This document shows, piece after piece, positions 1 through 9,877 of a stretch of DNA of 17,039 bases; positions within the stretch are counted from its first letter, which is position 1; every line of letters starts with the position of its first letter. This DNA is from Octopus sinensis (taxonomy: Eukaryota). The stretch spans positions 1 through 17,039 of the forward strand of contig NW_021824990.1 of assembly GCF_006345805.1 (NCBI RefSeq), given 5' to 3'. The notes below the pieces were generated by a model. The model had not been told where the DNA came from, made no database searches, and worked only from the letters and a program-made list of their open reading frames with translations. The position numbers and the translations under genes were made by a program.

Positions 1-1
1 G

Positions 2-1201
2 GTTCATCTGCAGCTTATCACCGCCGCAGTTTTTGCTTCCGCTCACTTTTAATACAAAGTGCATGCGAATGGTGTAATCCTTACCTCGAAGTTCGTAGTA
101 AAATGGTTTTTCCTTTTGTTGTTGTTTCTGGTTCTGAAGATGGTTTTCCAAGAGAGAATTTATCAGGAAGTTTTTCTTGCATACTTTACAGTTGCACAGC
201 TTTTCTCCCATATGCATTTTAATGTGCATTTTCAAATTGGTGCGCAGTACAAAGTCCTTGCCGCACAGCTCGCAGTGGAAAGGTTTCTCGTCAGTGTGTT
301 GTGTCTTGGTGTGCATTTCCAATGTAAATACGCAAGCAAAGTCGAGGCTGCATATATCGCAGTGAAAAGGTCTTTCACCGGTGTGCGTTTTCATGTGAGC
401 TTCAAGTCCACAGCTCTTAAAGAAATCCTTGCCGCACACCTCGCAGCGATGCAGTTTTTCGCCGATGTGCGTCTCGACGTGATGGCTCAAGGAGGAGAAC
501 AGAGGATAACTTTTACCACAGAGTTCGCATTCGTACTCTTTACCCTCGACGTTACTTTTCGAAAGCATCATAATGGAGGCTCTTTCGAAAAAATCATTAC
601 CACATATCGTACAATTATCAGACGACTTCTCGCTAATTTGCTTGTCATTGTCCCCGAGCTTGAACACTTTCTTAATTTGGAACGATGGTGTTGGGTGATG
701 TTTCGAGCAGCCATCTTTGCAGTCCGTCACTTTCACTAGACTTGAGCTTGTGTCCACTTTGCTGCTGCTGCTGCTGTTGCTGCTGCTGTTGCTGCTGTTG
801 CTGCTGTTGCTGCTGTTGCTGCTGCTGCTGCTGCTACTGCTGCTACCAACGCCGTCCTCGTTGTTATTGTCGCCATGACCATGGCCTTCGCTGACGCAAC
901 CGCCACAACCAATACTGCCAACGCAATCACCACCACCACCACTACTCCCACCACTCCCACAATCCCCACAGCTATCACAGTCACTGCTACTTCCAAGTCT
1001 TATTCCTCCTCCTCCTCCTCCTCCTCCACCTCCCCCTCCTCCTTTTCCTACTCCAAACGTTTCTCCTCTGAGGATGTCCTTTTCGGCTTCCTTCGGGTCG
1101 GCTTCAAAAGCGCTACCGCGGAAGCAAGCTTCCTTATGGCCCTTGTCGGCTACTTTACTCGTACACAGCATCTTCTTGCGTGCCAATGAGTGTCTCTGCA
1201 T
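2..1201 (-). CDS. C2H2 zinc-finger protein (Kruppel-type), 3'-partial (frame runs off the window start); may be the main coding exon of a spliced gene
   Basis: Manual translation of the reverse strand gives an open frame from ATG at 1201 (second ATG at 1171) to base 2: MQRHSLARKKMLCTSK...poly-G...poly-S/N...YECELCGKSYPLFSSLSHHVETH-IGEKL-HRCEVCGKDFFKSCGLEAHMKTH-TGERP-FHCDICSLDFACVFTLEMHTKTQH-TDEKP-FHCELCGKDFVLRTNLKMHIKMH-MGEKL-CNCKVCKKNFLINSLLENHLQNQ. There are four intact fingers, degenerate flanking fingers and TGEKP-like linkers. The true 5' boundary (ATG or splice acceptor) is uncertain. Confidence 0.92.
   Translation of the reverse strand, partial: MQRHSLARKKMLCTSKVADKGHKEACFRGSAFEADPKEAEKDILRGETFGVGKGGGGGGGGGGGGGIRLGSSSDCDSCGDCGSGGSSGGGGDCVGSIGCGGCVSEGHGHGDNNNEDGVGSSSSSSSSSNSSNSSNSSNSSSNSSSSSKVDTSSSLVKVTDCKDGCSKHHPTPSFQIKKVFKLGDNDKQISEKSSDNCTICGNDFFERASIMMLSKSNVEGKEYECELCGKSYPLFSSLSHHVETHIGEKLHRCEVCGKDFFKSCGLEAHMKTHTGERPFHCDICSLDFACVFTLEMHTKTQHTDEKPFHCELCGKDFVLRTNLKMHIKMHMGEKLCNCKVCKKNFLINSLLENHLQNQKQQQKEKPFYYELRGKDYTIRMHFVLKVSGSKNCGGDKLQMN
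761..844 (-). repeat. Coding (AGC/AAC)n trinucleotide repeat encoding a poly-Ser/Asn tract
   Basis: The + strand has a gctgctgct...gtt gct gct run that is in frame with the zinc-finger ORF on the - strand. Confidence 0.9.
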
Positions 1202-1260
1202 GAATCTGGATATGTCTATGTGTCTACGTACACTATATAAATATATATATATATATATAT

Positions 1261-1380
1261 GGGCTATCAGGCCGAAACTCCGAAGTCACTGTCACACCTT
1301 TTTCTTGTCAAAGTTTAATAAACCTGTACTCCAATAAAAATGACGAGTAATTCTTTAGCTCAATGCTAAATTGCTTTTAT
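1261..1380 (+). mobile_element. Fragment of a probable Penelope-like non-autonomous repeat flanked by (TA)n
   Basis: A non-repetitive island between TA tracts begins GGGCTATCAGGCCGAAACTCCGAAGTC, which resembles the 3' half of a hammerhead motif. The family assignment is from recall only. Confidence 0.3.
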
Positions 1381-2117
1381 ATACATATATATATATCTTG
1401 ACATAAAAACAAACATTAATATATATGAATGAATCTATAAATATATTATGCAGTATGTGGGCGCGCGTCGTAATATATATATATTATATACATATATATA
1501 ATATATGTATATATATATATATATATCAAGATAATCAGCCGAAATTACTACGATGATCCGGTCTTGACTGAAGACTGAGGGGTTCGAATGTCCTGTCCAT
1601 GTTTATTGTATCGTCTTCTATGAGTTATACGTTCTTGTCCATGTTGTATTTTTCTACATACCTTACTTATATATATATATATATATAATTATATATATAT
1701 ATTATATAATATATATATAATATGTATGTATGTATGTATGATGTATAATATATATATACACGCTTATATATGTGCGTATATATATGCTTATGACGTGATT
1801 TTCTTTATGTATCAATGTTTATACCCGTGTGGGTGTATATATGAATGTATTTGGTATAATTTATATTTTGATGTGATGTTCTTGTTAAAGATGGTGTTGT
1901 TGTTGTTGTTGTTATTTTTTGTGTTTATCTATTTGGTGAAGGCAGGTGCTGCCGTTCTCAGTGCATATTAGTCTTTGTCTTAATTGTTCTTTGCTGTTAG
2001 TACTGCTGCTACCGCTGCTCCTACTGCTGCTACCATTGTATTTACTACTACTTGCTTCTGTTGTTGTTGTTGCTGTTACTATCGGTATATACGACCGCCA
2101 CAGCTATAAGCGTTTAC

Positions 2118-2152
<35 letters not shown>

Positions 2153-2356
2153 AAGTTGTTGTTGTTGTCGTCTTAAGTCTGCTGTTAGCTAGTTATAGCC
2201 GGCTGGAGCCATTATAGATATTCATGCGGAGATGAAGCATGTATATACTCATATATACACACACATATATGACTACAGTTGCGACAAATTCGCGCATTCA
2301 AACAGTCACACACTCTATATGTATATATATATCTAACCTATATATATAGAGAGAAA

Positions 2357-2407
<51 letters not shown>

Positions 2408-2487
2408 TAGAGATAGATAGATAATAGATAGATAGATAGATAGATAGATAGAGATAGATATAGATAATAGATAGATAGATAGATGAT

Positions 2488-2547
<60 letters not shown>
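2357..2547. repeat. (GATA)n tetranucleotide microsatellite, about 190 bp
   Basis: Direct reading: tagatagataga... with a few interruptions. Confidence 0.97.
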
Positions 2548-2548
<1 letters not shown>

Positions 2549-2906
2549 AACACACTGCCAAATATGGTTCGCACAACTCTTTTTATCTATCCTTAGAATT
2601 CGCTTGCAGTTGTAACCATTCCAAGAAAAAAATATATGGAATTGATTTTTATACAGTTGTAGTAGTTAAATTTTGACGTTCCAGACAAATATGGGTTGAA
2701 TAGATACATAAAGTCATAAAATATTGTGTATATATGTATATATATGTATTCTATATATATATTTCTATTTTCCCTTTTTTACAACTTTTTTCCCTTCTGC
2801 TAATGATTTCATAGATTTCCGTCACATGTTACCCTTCCAATTTTACTTGGGTCAGTTGAATTTATAAATTTATATAAATATTTATTGTTCAGAATATTCA
2901 CAAAAC

Positions 2907-2963
<57 letters not shown>

Positions 2964-3106
2964 TGTATTGTAATTCCCCTTCGTAATGTTCGTTCGTTTG
3001 TTTTTTTTTAATAATTTAGATTGTTTTCCCTTGGTCATCTATCCATAATAACGTGGGTCGTAATTATAAAAGACTATATTTTATATGCATAGATACATAT
3101 ACATGC

Positions 3107-3161
<55 letters not shown>

Positions 3162-6100
3162 TCCACTTTTTGAAGAACTTTTATTCTTGCATTTTGACTT
3201 TTAAAATTTGCTTGGGTTTGCTAAGTTTATAAATTATAACCTTCACAATATTTCCACAACCCTTTTTCGAGATAGATAGATAGATAGAAAGATAGATAAA
3301 TAGAACAGTGATGTTCGTTTGTAAGTTTCTTTGGTTTTCTGTAATTTAAAAAAGCTCATTTATAATTTTCCCATTTTGCTAATGTTTATATATCTTTATT
3401 TTATTATTATTTGCTTGTTTTATTTTAAATATCTCATCTTTTCAATTGCGCTTCTGTTAGTTTCTGGCTTATAAACCATATATATATATATATAATATAT
3501 ATATATATATATAATAATTATATATAATAAATAGTTGTCTTTGGATTTTAAGGGCAGGGGTGTTTCTTTTAAATGTCTTTTTAAACTGACGTCGAATGCC
3601 TGAGTTTTTAAATTTAAGATATTTTTGTTTTTCCCTTGTTGCTTACAAGATTTTGAAAAATGAAACTTTGAAAGCTACTCAGAATTATTTCTCAGTCGTT
3701 CATCCATAGTAATTCTTTCATGTCAGATAAACGAGAGTAACGCAGCAACGAGAGCTGCTGTTACTGCCATTATTGTTGTTGTCATTACTGTTGCTGTAGC
3801 TGCCGTCTTGTCGTCGTCGTTGTTGTTGTTGTTTGTTGTTCATGGAGAGAAATTTCTTCATTGACTTGCAGTTTGAGTGACAGGAAATGACGTCTGCAGC
3901 AAAATTTTTATTTGAGATTTATAGTGAGAGACAGGGAAACTGAGAAAGAATGAGATTCAGGGAAACAAATTAATATGAAAAAAAAAAATCTATAAATAAT
4001 TTAGCTCAGTCGGTCAATCAGCTATTATTATTATTGAAATTATTTATTCTATTTGTTACGTGTGAAGAACTGATGTTCCCTCTCACAACGAAGACCTACC
4101 CATCAATACATAATGTATTTGATTAAGCCGCTATTGTGTTTAGGTCAAAGGTAGCAACTCAAGAAAAAAAAACTAGCAAAGACGAAGGAAAAAATAGAGG
4201 TAGACAACGAGGATGGGTATAAGGCAATGATATTGAATAACGTTTTAAATGTCTTTCGCAAAGGTGTGTAAGGAGTGGGGGATGGATGTAGTTATCGATT
4301 TGTGCGAAGAGAAATACCCATATTTGTCTAGGGCAGGATAGTATGAACGTCAGCCGTAGCTACGGTGGAGTAGCAAAGGGCGGTAGAAATATATCATAAA
4401 ATATGTTATGGAAAATTTCATAAACTTACGAAATATTTAAAACGAAAACTGGATCACGAAATTCAGTTCACTGGGAGCTAACAGCTTACACTTTGTGATG
4501 GTGCTCACTGAGATGACAGAAATGAGCAAAAGCTGAAAAATGTAAAAATATCAAAACAAAAAAAAAATACTCGAAAAATAAAAATGGACGAAAATATTTG
4601 TAGGGTAAATAAAATGAAGTAAAAGAAATAAACAATGGATAAAGAAAAAAAAAAAAAAGGAAAATAGACAGAGGATTCTTGTTATCTTTCAGTAATAAAG
4701 TTCTCTGTCTGTCACCGAGCGATTTTGAGCCAATTTCTTTTCATAGATAGTCAATCACTTGGGCTATTATATAGGTCTATTTGTAGTTTCACTTGGTTAT
4801 TGTCCAGATCTTATTGATTTGAAGATGTGACACCCTTCACTTTGACTTATAATAGTTTATCTTTCTTTCCTTTTCTTAATTTTTTTCTTCTGGAAATAGG
4901 AAAAAAAATCTGGCTTGCTTTGGTTTTTACATCTCTATATTAAATTGTCATCTATTATCAATTTGCTTTCTTTTTTTTCTTATTAGGTTTTGGTTTAAAT
5001 AGAAAAAAATAGGCCACTGAAGAAAAAGCAAATACGATAGGGGAATTAACGCGTCATTGCTATAATTGTGGCTCAGATAGATCCAAAAAGCCAATAATAA
5101 TAATAATAATAATAATAAAGCTGAAAATATTACAAATTTAACAGGATCCTAGTTTTCAAATTCTGGTTTCCGTCCCCTACAATATATCATTGCTAATCAT
5201 AAATAACGCTCATAATAAAACTCTCAACTTGCAGTTACTTGAGGTCTCTGTAAGAAACTTGGAACATCTCCTATGAAACAAAGTAACAACAATGTAAATA
5301 ACAATAACAATAATTATAACTGAAATAAGAATTCAGACTAAATTAGTACTGATCAAGCTGAACTTCCATCCAATGTTTGCTCAATTTTCATCACAATTTT
5401 ACGTCTACCTTCAGCTCAATCTCAATCTGATTTTGAGTCCAAATTCGGCTCAATTTCCGTCAAACGTTTCGTTTCAATAGTTCCTTTCTGTCTCAATTTC
5501 AAATGCAATTTTAGCTCAGTTTTAATCCAGTATTTGTACAATTTCAGCTTCGTTTCAGTTCAGTTCTCATTGTTAAATTTTCTTGGTGTTGAAGACGGAG
5601 GATCGATTTACTTGAAGCGTTTCCAAATAGTACAAAAGTAATTCATTTTGAAAGTAGGTATATATTTTTCTTTTACGTATGTTGATATGTGTTACATATA
5701 TATATATCATAAATTGAAGGAATTATATTCCAAGCTACCTCTTCATGAAGCAGATCTGAATATTATTTTATGTCTGAAGGTTTACAGATAGGAGATGTTC
5801 TGCATGTATGAGCATATATGTATATACCTATTATGAATTTGTTATATTTACATCATCATTAACATTAATATTTATATTTATAAAATGTATTTCCCATATT
5901 GTAATGAAACACGTGTAACACAGTATTAAAATATTATCACATGTTCTAGTCTTGTTTTAGTATACAAATGCTTTGTGAGTACGTGTGAGAGTTGGTTCTT
6001 TGCTTAAATGTTTCGTCCTGTATATCTACGAATAGTTAAGCAGTTATACATGTATTAGTATATATATATATGTGTGTAAAATAGTTCCGTTGTATTTGTT

Positions 6101-6564
6101 CACGGGTATTTAATGATAGTCTGATTTAGACAAAATCACATGACTTCACTGAATATGTACATTCTTAGTGTTTTTTTTGTGAGAGGCGTTAGTTTGTAGC
6201 TTAAATATTTGTTTCTGCACTTTCTTTTTCCCTGAATTTTTATACCCTCTTATTTCTCATATATTTCATACAATATACACCGGCTATCTTCAAAATGCAT
6301 TGGTAAATTCAATAAATATTTATGTGTCAACATATATATATAAAATACATATATATGTATATGTATGTACGAATGTTCGTATATGTATGTATGTACGAAT
6401 GTACGTAAATGTATGTGTGTATGTATGTATATACGTATGTATGTATATACGTATGTATGTATTGTAAACAGTTTAAATTATGTGACTATAGAGTGAAACT
6501 GCTGCCGATATTTAAAGAGTTTTCCATCGAAGATGGCATGAAAGTATTATCATAAATAGTAACC

Positions 6565-6569
6565 ACAAC

Positions 6570-6600
<31 letters not shown>

Positions 6601-6720
6601 GTCATACTCAGCCTGCTCTTCATCATCATCGTCGTCATCGGCATCATAATCGTCGTTATGTAGTAGTAGTAGTAGTAGTAGTAGTAGTAATAGTCGACGT
6701 CGCCGTCGTCGTCATCGTTG
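6565..6720. repeat. Compound (CAT)n/(CGT)n/(TAG)n trinucleotide repeat
   Basis: catcatcat..., gtcgtcatc..., tagtagtag... read directly. Confidence 0.9.
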
Positions 6721-7564
6721 TCGCCATCTTCATTCTCATCCTTCTCCTCCATCTCGTTATCAGCACCAGCCTCAACATCGTCAGAGCTATTAATTATATC
6801 ACCTCTTTCTTAAAAATTTGCCCTCAAAGTCATTCCATATTTGGATAAAAGGAATTATATTTGGAATGGCCGTACGGTAGCGCGGTGGAGGAGAGCATTA
6901 ACTTTTTCCCGTCTGCAATTTTTTTTTTTTTTAAGATTCTTGGTTCAAGTCTTCCTTGATGCGCTTTTTGTAATTTATCCTCTCCACATCATTTTTCTGT
7001 TAATTTTCGTTCTAGAACATGTGTGAAAAGTGAGTTATGGTTTCATGAGAGAAGATTCATTAACAAAATCTAATTAAAATATGAGAAACCAACAAATCGT
7101 TAGTGACATAATGATGATGCTGATAGTGATGATAATATTGATGAAGATGAAATTGTTTTTAATATTGTTATGGTTCTTGATTTTGTTAATGAGTCTCAAC
7201 CCTGATCGAGAAGATCTATTGTAACCAGTACGTAATTTGAGGGTAGCATTTGGCTGATGTTTCTAGCAGGTGATGTTTCTTGCAGTAGCAGTTGCTGTTG
7301 TTTTTGTTATTGTTGTTGTTGTTGTCAATGAAAGTCTTTAATTGATTTTGTTTCGTAGTTTAAAAAAATATCATTTCTGGTTTTCTTCTTTTTCATTTTT
7401 AATAATCCCGATCATCTGTAATTAAAAAGAAGGAAAAAAAAAAGGGAAAATTACATTAAAGAAAAAAATATTTATAAGAAAGATAGAGCATGAACATGAA
7501 ACAGAGGAAATTAATGGAAATAAATTACAATATGAAATAAGATAAAACAAATAAAATAAATAAA

Positions 7565-7743
7565 ATTATTATTATTATTGTTTTTTTTTAAATCTCAGGC
7601 TCTATTGGAACACCTGGCGTCTTGCATACGTAACGGGCTTGCTACCTGCAGCATACGGCACCATGCTACTAGTTCTTTTCAGCTATCTAATACTTTCCTG
7701 CTTATTCTGGCCGTGCCAAGGAGGCAAACCTTTTGTAATATTT
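7565..7743 (-). mobile_element. 3' end of an RLE-type non-LTR retrotransposon (R4/Dong-like): ORF C-terminus, 3' UTR and A-rich/(AAT)n tail
   Basis: The minus strand translates as ILQKVCLLGTARISRKVLDS* (stop at 7679-7681), matching the typical RLE-element C-terminus LLQKACLLGTARILRKVL. It is followed by about 90 nt of UTR, an A9 run and (AAT)n. Confidence 0.85.
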
Positions 7744-7914
7744 ATTTCTTTATTGCCCACAGGGGGCTAAACGTAGAAGGGACAAACAAGGACAGACAAA
7801 CGGATTAATTCGATTATATCGACCTCAGTGCGTAACTGGTACTTATTTAATCGACCCCGAAAGGATGAAAGGTAAAGTCGACCTCGGCGGAATTTGAACT
7901 CAGAACGTAGCGGC
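7744..7914 (-). mobile_element. tRNA-derived SINE family 1, copy A (5'-truncated)
   Basis: Reverse complement of the unit at 9405-9638: B-box GAGTTCAAATTCC, central GTCGACTTTRCCTTTCATCCTTTCGGGGTCGAT and AATAAAGAAAT tail. Confidence 0.9.
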
Positions 7915-8090
7915 GTGGAATAAGCTGCCGGACGAGATAATGAAGATGCAGACGACCGCTCGGTTCAAAGTCTCCCTTGACCACAAATGGCTTGAACTCT
8001 TTACATGATCACCCCCCTGTACATAACTCCATGTCCCCCTACATGGCCTTGCTTTTTGCTTTTTGAGCCAAAAAATTAACTAACTAACTA
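7915..8090 (+). mobile_element. 3' terminal fragment of a CR1/L2-like LINE
   Basis: 7916-8008 translates as WNKLPDEIMKMQTTARFKVSLDHKWLELFT*, matching the WNxLP...FKxxLDxxW C-terminal motif of CR1/L2 ORF2. A 3' UTR hairpin CCATGT-cccccT-ACATGG (8029-8046) and a (TAAC)n tail follow. Confidence 0.8.
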
Positions 8091-8271
8091 TTTCTTTACT
8101 ACCCACAAGGGGCTAAACACAGAGAGGACAAACAAGGACAGCCAAACGGATTAAGTCGATTATATCGACCTCTGTGCGTAACTGGTACTTATTTAGTCGA
8201 CCCCGAAAGGATGAAAAGCAAAGTCGACCTCGGCGGAATTTGAACTCAGAACGTAGCGGCAGACGAAATAC
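8089..8271 (-). mobile_element. SINE family 1, copy B (5'-truncated, tandem)
   Basis: Same body as copy A; joined directly to the tail of copy C. Confidence 0.9.
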
Positions 8272-8483
8272 CTATTTCTTTATTACCCACAAGGGGCTAA
8301 ACACAGAGGGGACAAACAAGGACAGACATGGGTATTAAGTCGATTACATCGACCCCAGTGCGTAACTGGTACTTAATTTATCGACCCCGAAACGATGAAA
8401 GGCAAAGTCGACCTCGGCGGAATTTGAACTCACAACGTAACGGCAGCCGAAATACCGCTAAGCATTTCGCCCGGCGTGCTAAC
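8272..8483 (-). mobile_element. SINE family 1, copy C (head truncated at GTTAGCACGCC)
   Basis: Same body plus most of the tRNA-like head. Confidence 0.9.
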
Positions 8484-8626
8484 TCATTTCTACTGCTGAG
8501 TGAACCGGAGCAACGTGAAATACAGTGTCTCACTCAAGAACCTCAACGCACAGCCCGGCACAGAAATAAAACTCTCAACCTTACGATTTGTAAGTCGGAC
8601 GCATTAACCACCGAACCATGCGCCTC
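8484..8626 (-). mobile_element. tRNA-derived SINE family 2 (CORE-like central segment), 3'-truncated and diverged
   Basis: The reverse complement reads GAGGCGCATGGTTCGGTGGTTA (A-box-like)...GTTCTTGAGTGAGACACTGTATTTCACGTTGCTCC; homologous to 14065-14172. Confidence 0.75.
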
Positions 8627-8846
8627 AACTGCAAAGTAGTCCTTGATAAAATGCAATACATAAATCCGCTTACTAGATACTGAATGCAAGGTCTCCAAAA
8701 GGATTATGTAATTAAGCGGCAGTTGATGAGGGCGTTCTTTGACAACGAGTGGTGACGCACTCTGATTAAAGTTGTAACAATAGGATTTAGCAAGAGTGAA
8801 ATAAATTTGAGGAAGATATGGCAAATTGATTAGAAGAGTTTATTAG

Positions 8847-9177
8847 AAAAGGTATCGCGACAGACTGCAGAGAATGGCGGAGTCGGAGATTTGTAAAATT
8901 CCTTGGGATTTTCCAATCCAAACACATCGGATCTTAGAACATAACAGACCGGACCTAGTGGTGATCGATAAGATGCACCACATTTGCTATATAGTTGATG
9001 TTGTGTTCCTCCTTTGACCCACGAATAGTCAAGAAGGAACTGCCCGGCTATGAAAAATGAAGAAGGTGAAAATATTGCCAATTATTGTTGGTTCCTTGAG
9101 TATAGTATCAGAAGACACCAAGAGGAATATAAAGGAGATCGGAAAATGGTGTTCAGTAGAAATATTGCAAAAGGTTT
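8847..9177 (+). mobile_element. Decayed RLE endonuclease region of an R4/Dong-like non-LTR retrotransposon (frameshifted)
   Basis: Translates as KRYRDRLQRMAESEICKIPWDFPIQTHRILEHNRPDLVVIDKMHHICYIVDVV / FDPRIVKKE / KMKKVKILPIIVGSLSIVSEDTKRNIKEIGKWCSVEILQKV. It contains the NRPD..D(V) PD-(D/E)xK signature, with two frameshifts and an internal deletion. Confidence 0.88.
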
Positions 9178-9387
9178 AAGGCGGCGAGCTGGCAGAAACG
9201 TTAGCACGCCGGGCGAAATTCGTCTGCCGCTACGTTCTGAGTTCAAATTTCGCCGAGGTCGACTTTGCCTTTCATCCTTTCGGGGTCGATAAATTAAGTA
9301 CCAGTTACGCACTGGGGTCGATGTAATCAACTTAATCTCCTTGTCTGTCCTCTCTGTGTTTAGCCTCTTGTGGGTAGTAAAGAAATA
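9178..9387 (+). mobile_element. SINE family 1, copy D (full head, 13-nt internal deletion)
   Basis: AAGGCGGCGAGCTGGCAGAAACGTTAG (A-box-like), GAGTTCAAATTTC (B-box-like), central domain and AAAGAAATA tail. Confidence 0.92.
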
Positions 9388-9404
9388 GGTATTGTATATC
9401 ACAC

Positions 9405-9638
9405 AAGGCGGCGAGCTGGCAGAAACGTTAGCACGCCGGGCGAAATGCTTAGTGGTATTTCGTCTACCGCTACGTTCTGAGTTCAAATTCCGCCGAGGTC
9501 GACTTTGCCTTTCATCCTTTCGAGGTCGATTAAATAAGTACCAGTTATGCACTGGGGTCGATATAATCGACTTAATCCCTTTGTCTGTCCTTGTTTGTCC
9601 TCTCTGTGTTTAGCCCCTTGTTGGGTAGTAAAGAAATA
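9405..9638 (+). mobile_element. SINE family 1, copy E (full length) flanked by a 17-bp direct repeat (probable TSD)
   Basis: Complete unit; GGTATTGTATATCACAC occurs at 9388-9404 and 9639-9655. Confidence 0.93.
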
Positions 9639-9721
9639 GGTATTGTATATCACACTGTATTAGTGCATGACACAAACAGAAATCTCGTTATAAAACACAC
9701 ACACACACATACACGCGACGA

Positions 9722-9877
9722 GGGTTCTTTCAGTGTTCGTCCAGCAAATCCACTCACAAAACTTTGGGTGACCGACGCTATAGTAGAAGACACTTGCCCA
9801 AGATTCCACGCAGTGGGACTGAACCTGGAACCACATGGTTGGAAAGCAAACTTCTTGCCTCACAACCACGCCTGCGC
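9722..9877 (-). mobile_element. tRNA-derived SINE family 3, partial
   Basis: The reverse complement reads GCGCAGGCGTGGTTGTGAGG...GGTTCAGTCCC (B-box)...CTTGGGCAAGTGTCTTCTACTATAGC; homologous to 13516-13669. Confidence 0.85.

Noticed and set aside
59-739. 226-aa + strand ORF (and 875..1189 +, 736..996 -, 685..894 +)
   Set aside because: 59..739 and 875..1189 are codon-aligned antisense shadows of the zinc-finger ORF; 736..996 and 685..894 are alternative frames of its trinucleotide repeats. None has independent protein features.
1526-1600. Possible type II hammerhead (GAAA...CTGAAGA) in a repeat-like island
   Set aside because: Stem I cannot form and stem II would need a mismatch or bulge at the essential closing pair. 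It is probably a repeat fragment that I cannot classify.
1656-1670. Minus-strand donor-like AG|GTATGT as an upstream exon of the zinc-finger gene
   Set aside because: The putative exon side runs immediately into (TA)n and the site lies in a repeat-like island. Not supportable without transcripts.
6486-6790. Acidic, protein-like - strand ORF (MEEKDENEDGDNDDDD...)
   Set aside because: The Asp/Glu-rich reading switches frame across the (TAC)10 run and is explained by degenerate GAT/GAC repeats. No domain or convincing splice sites.
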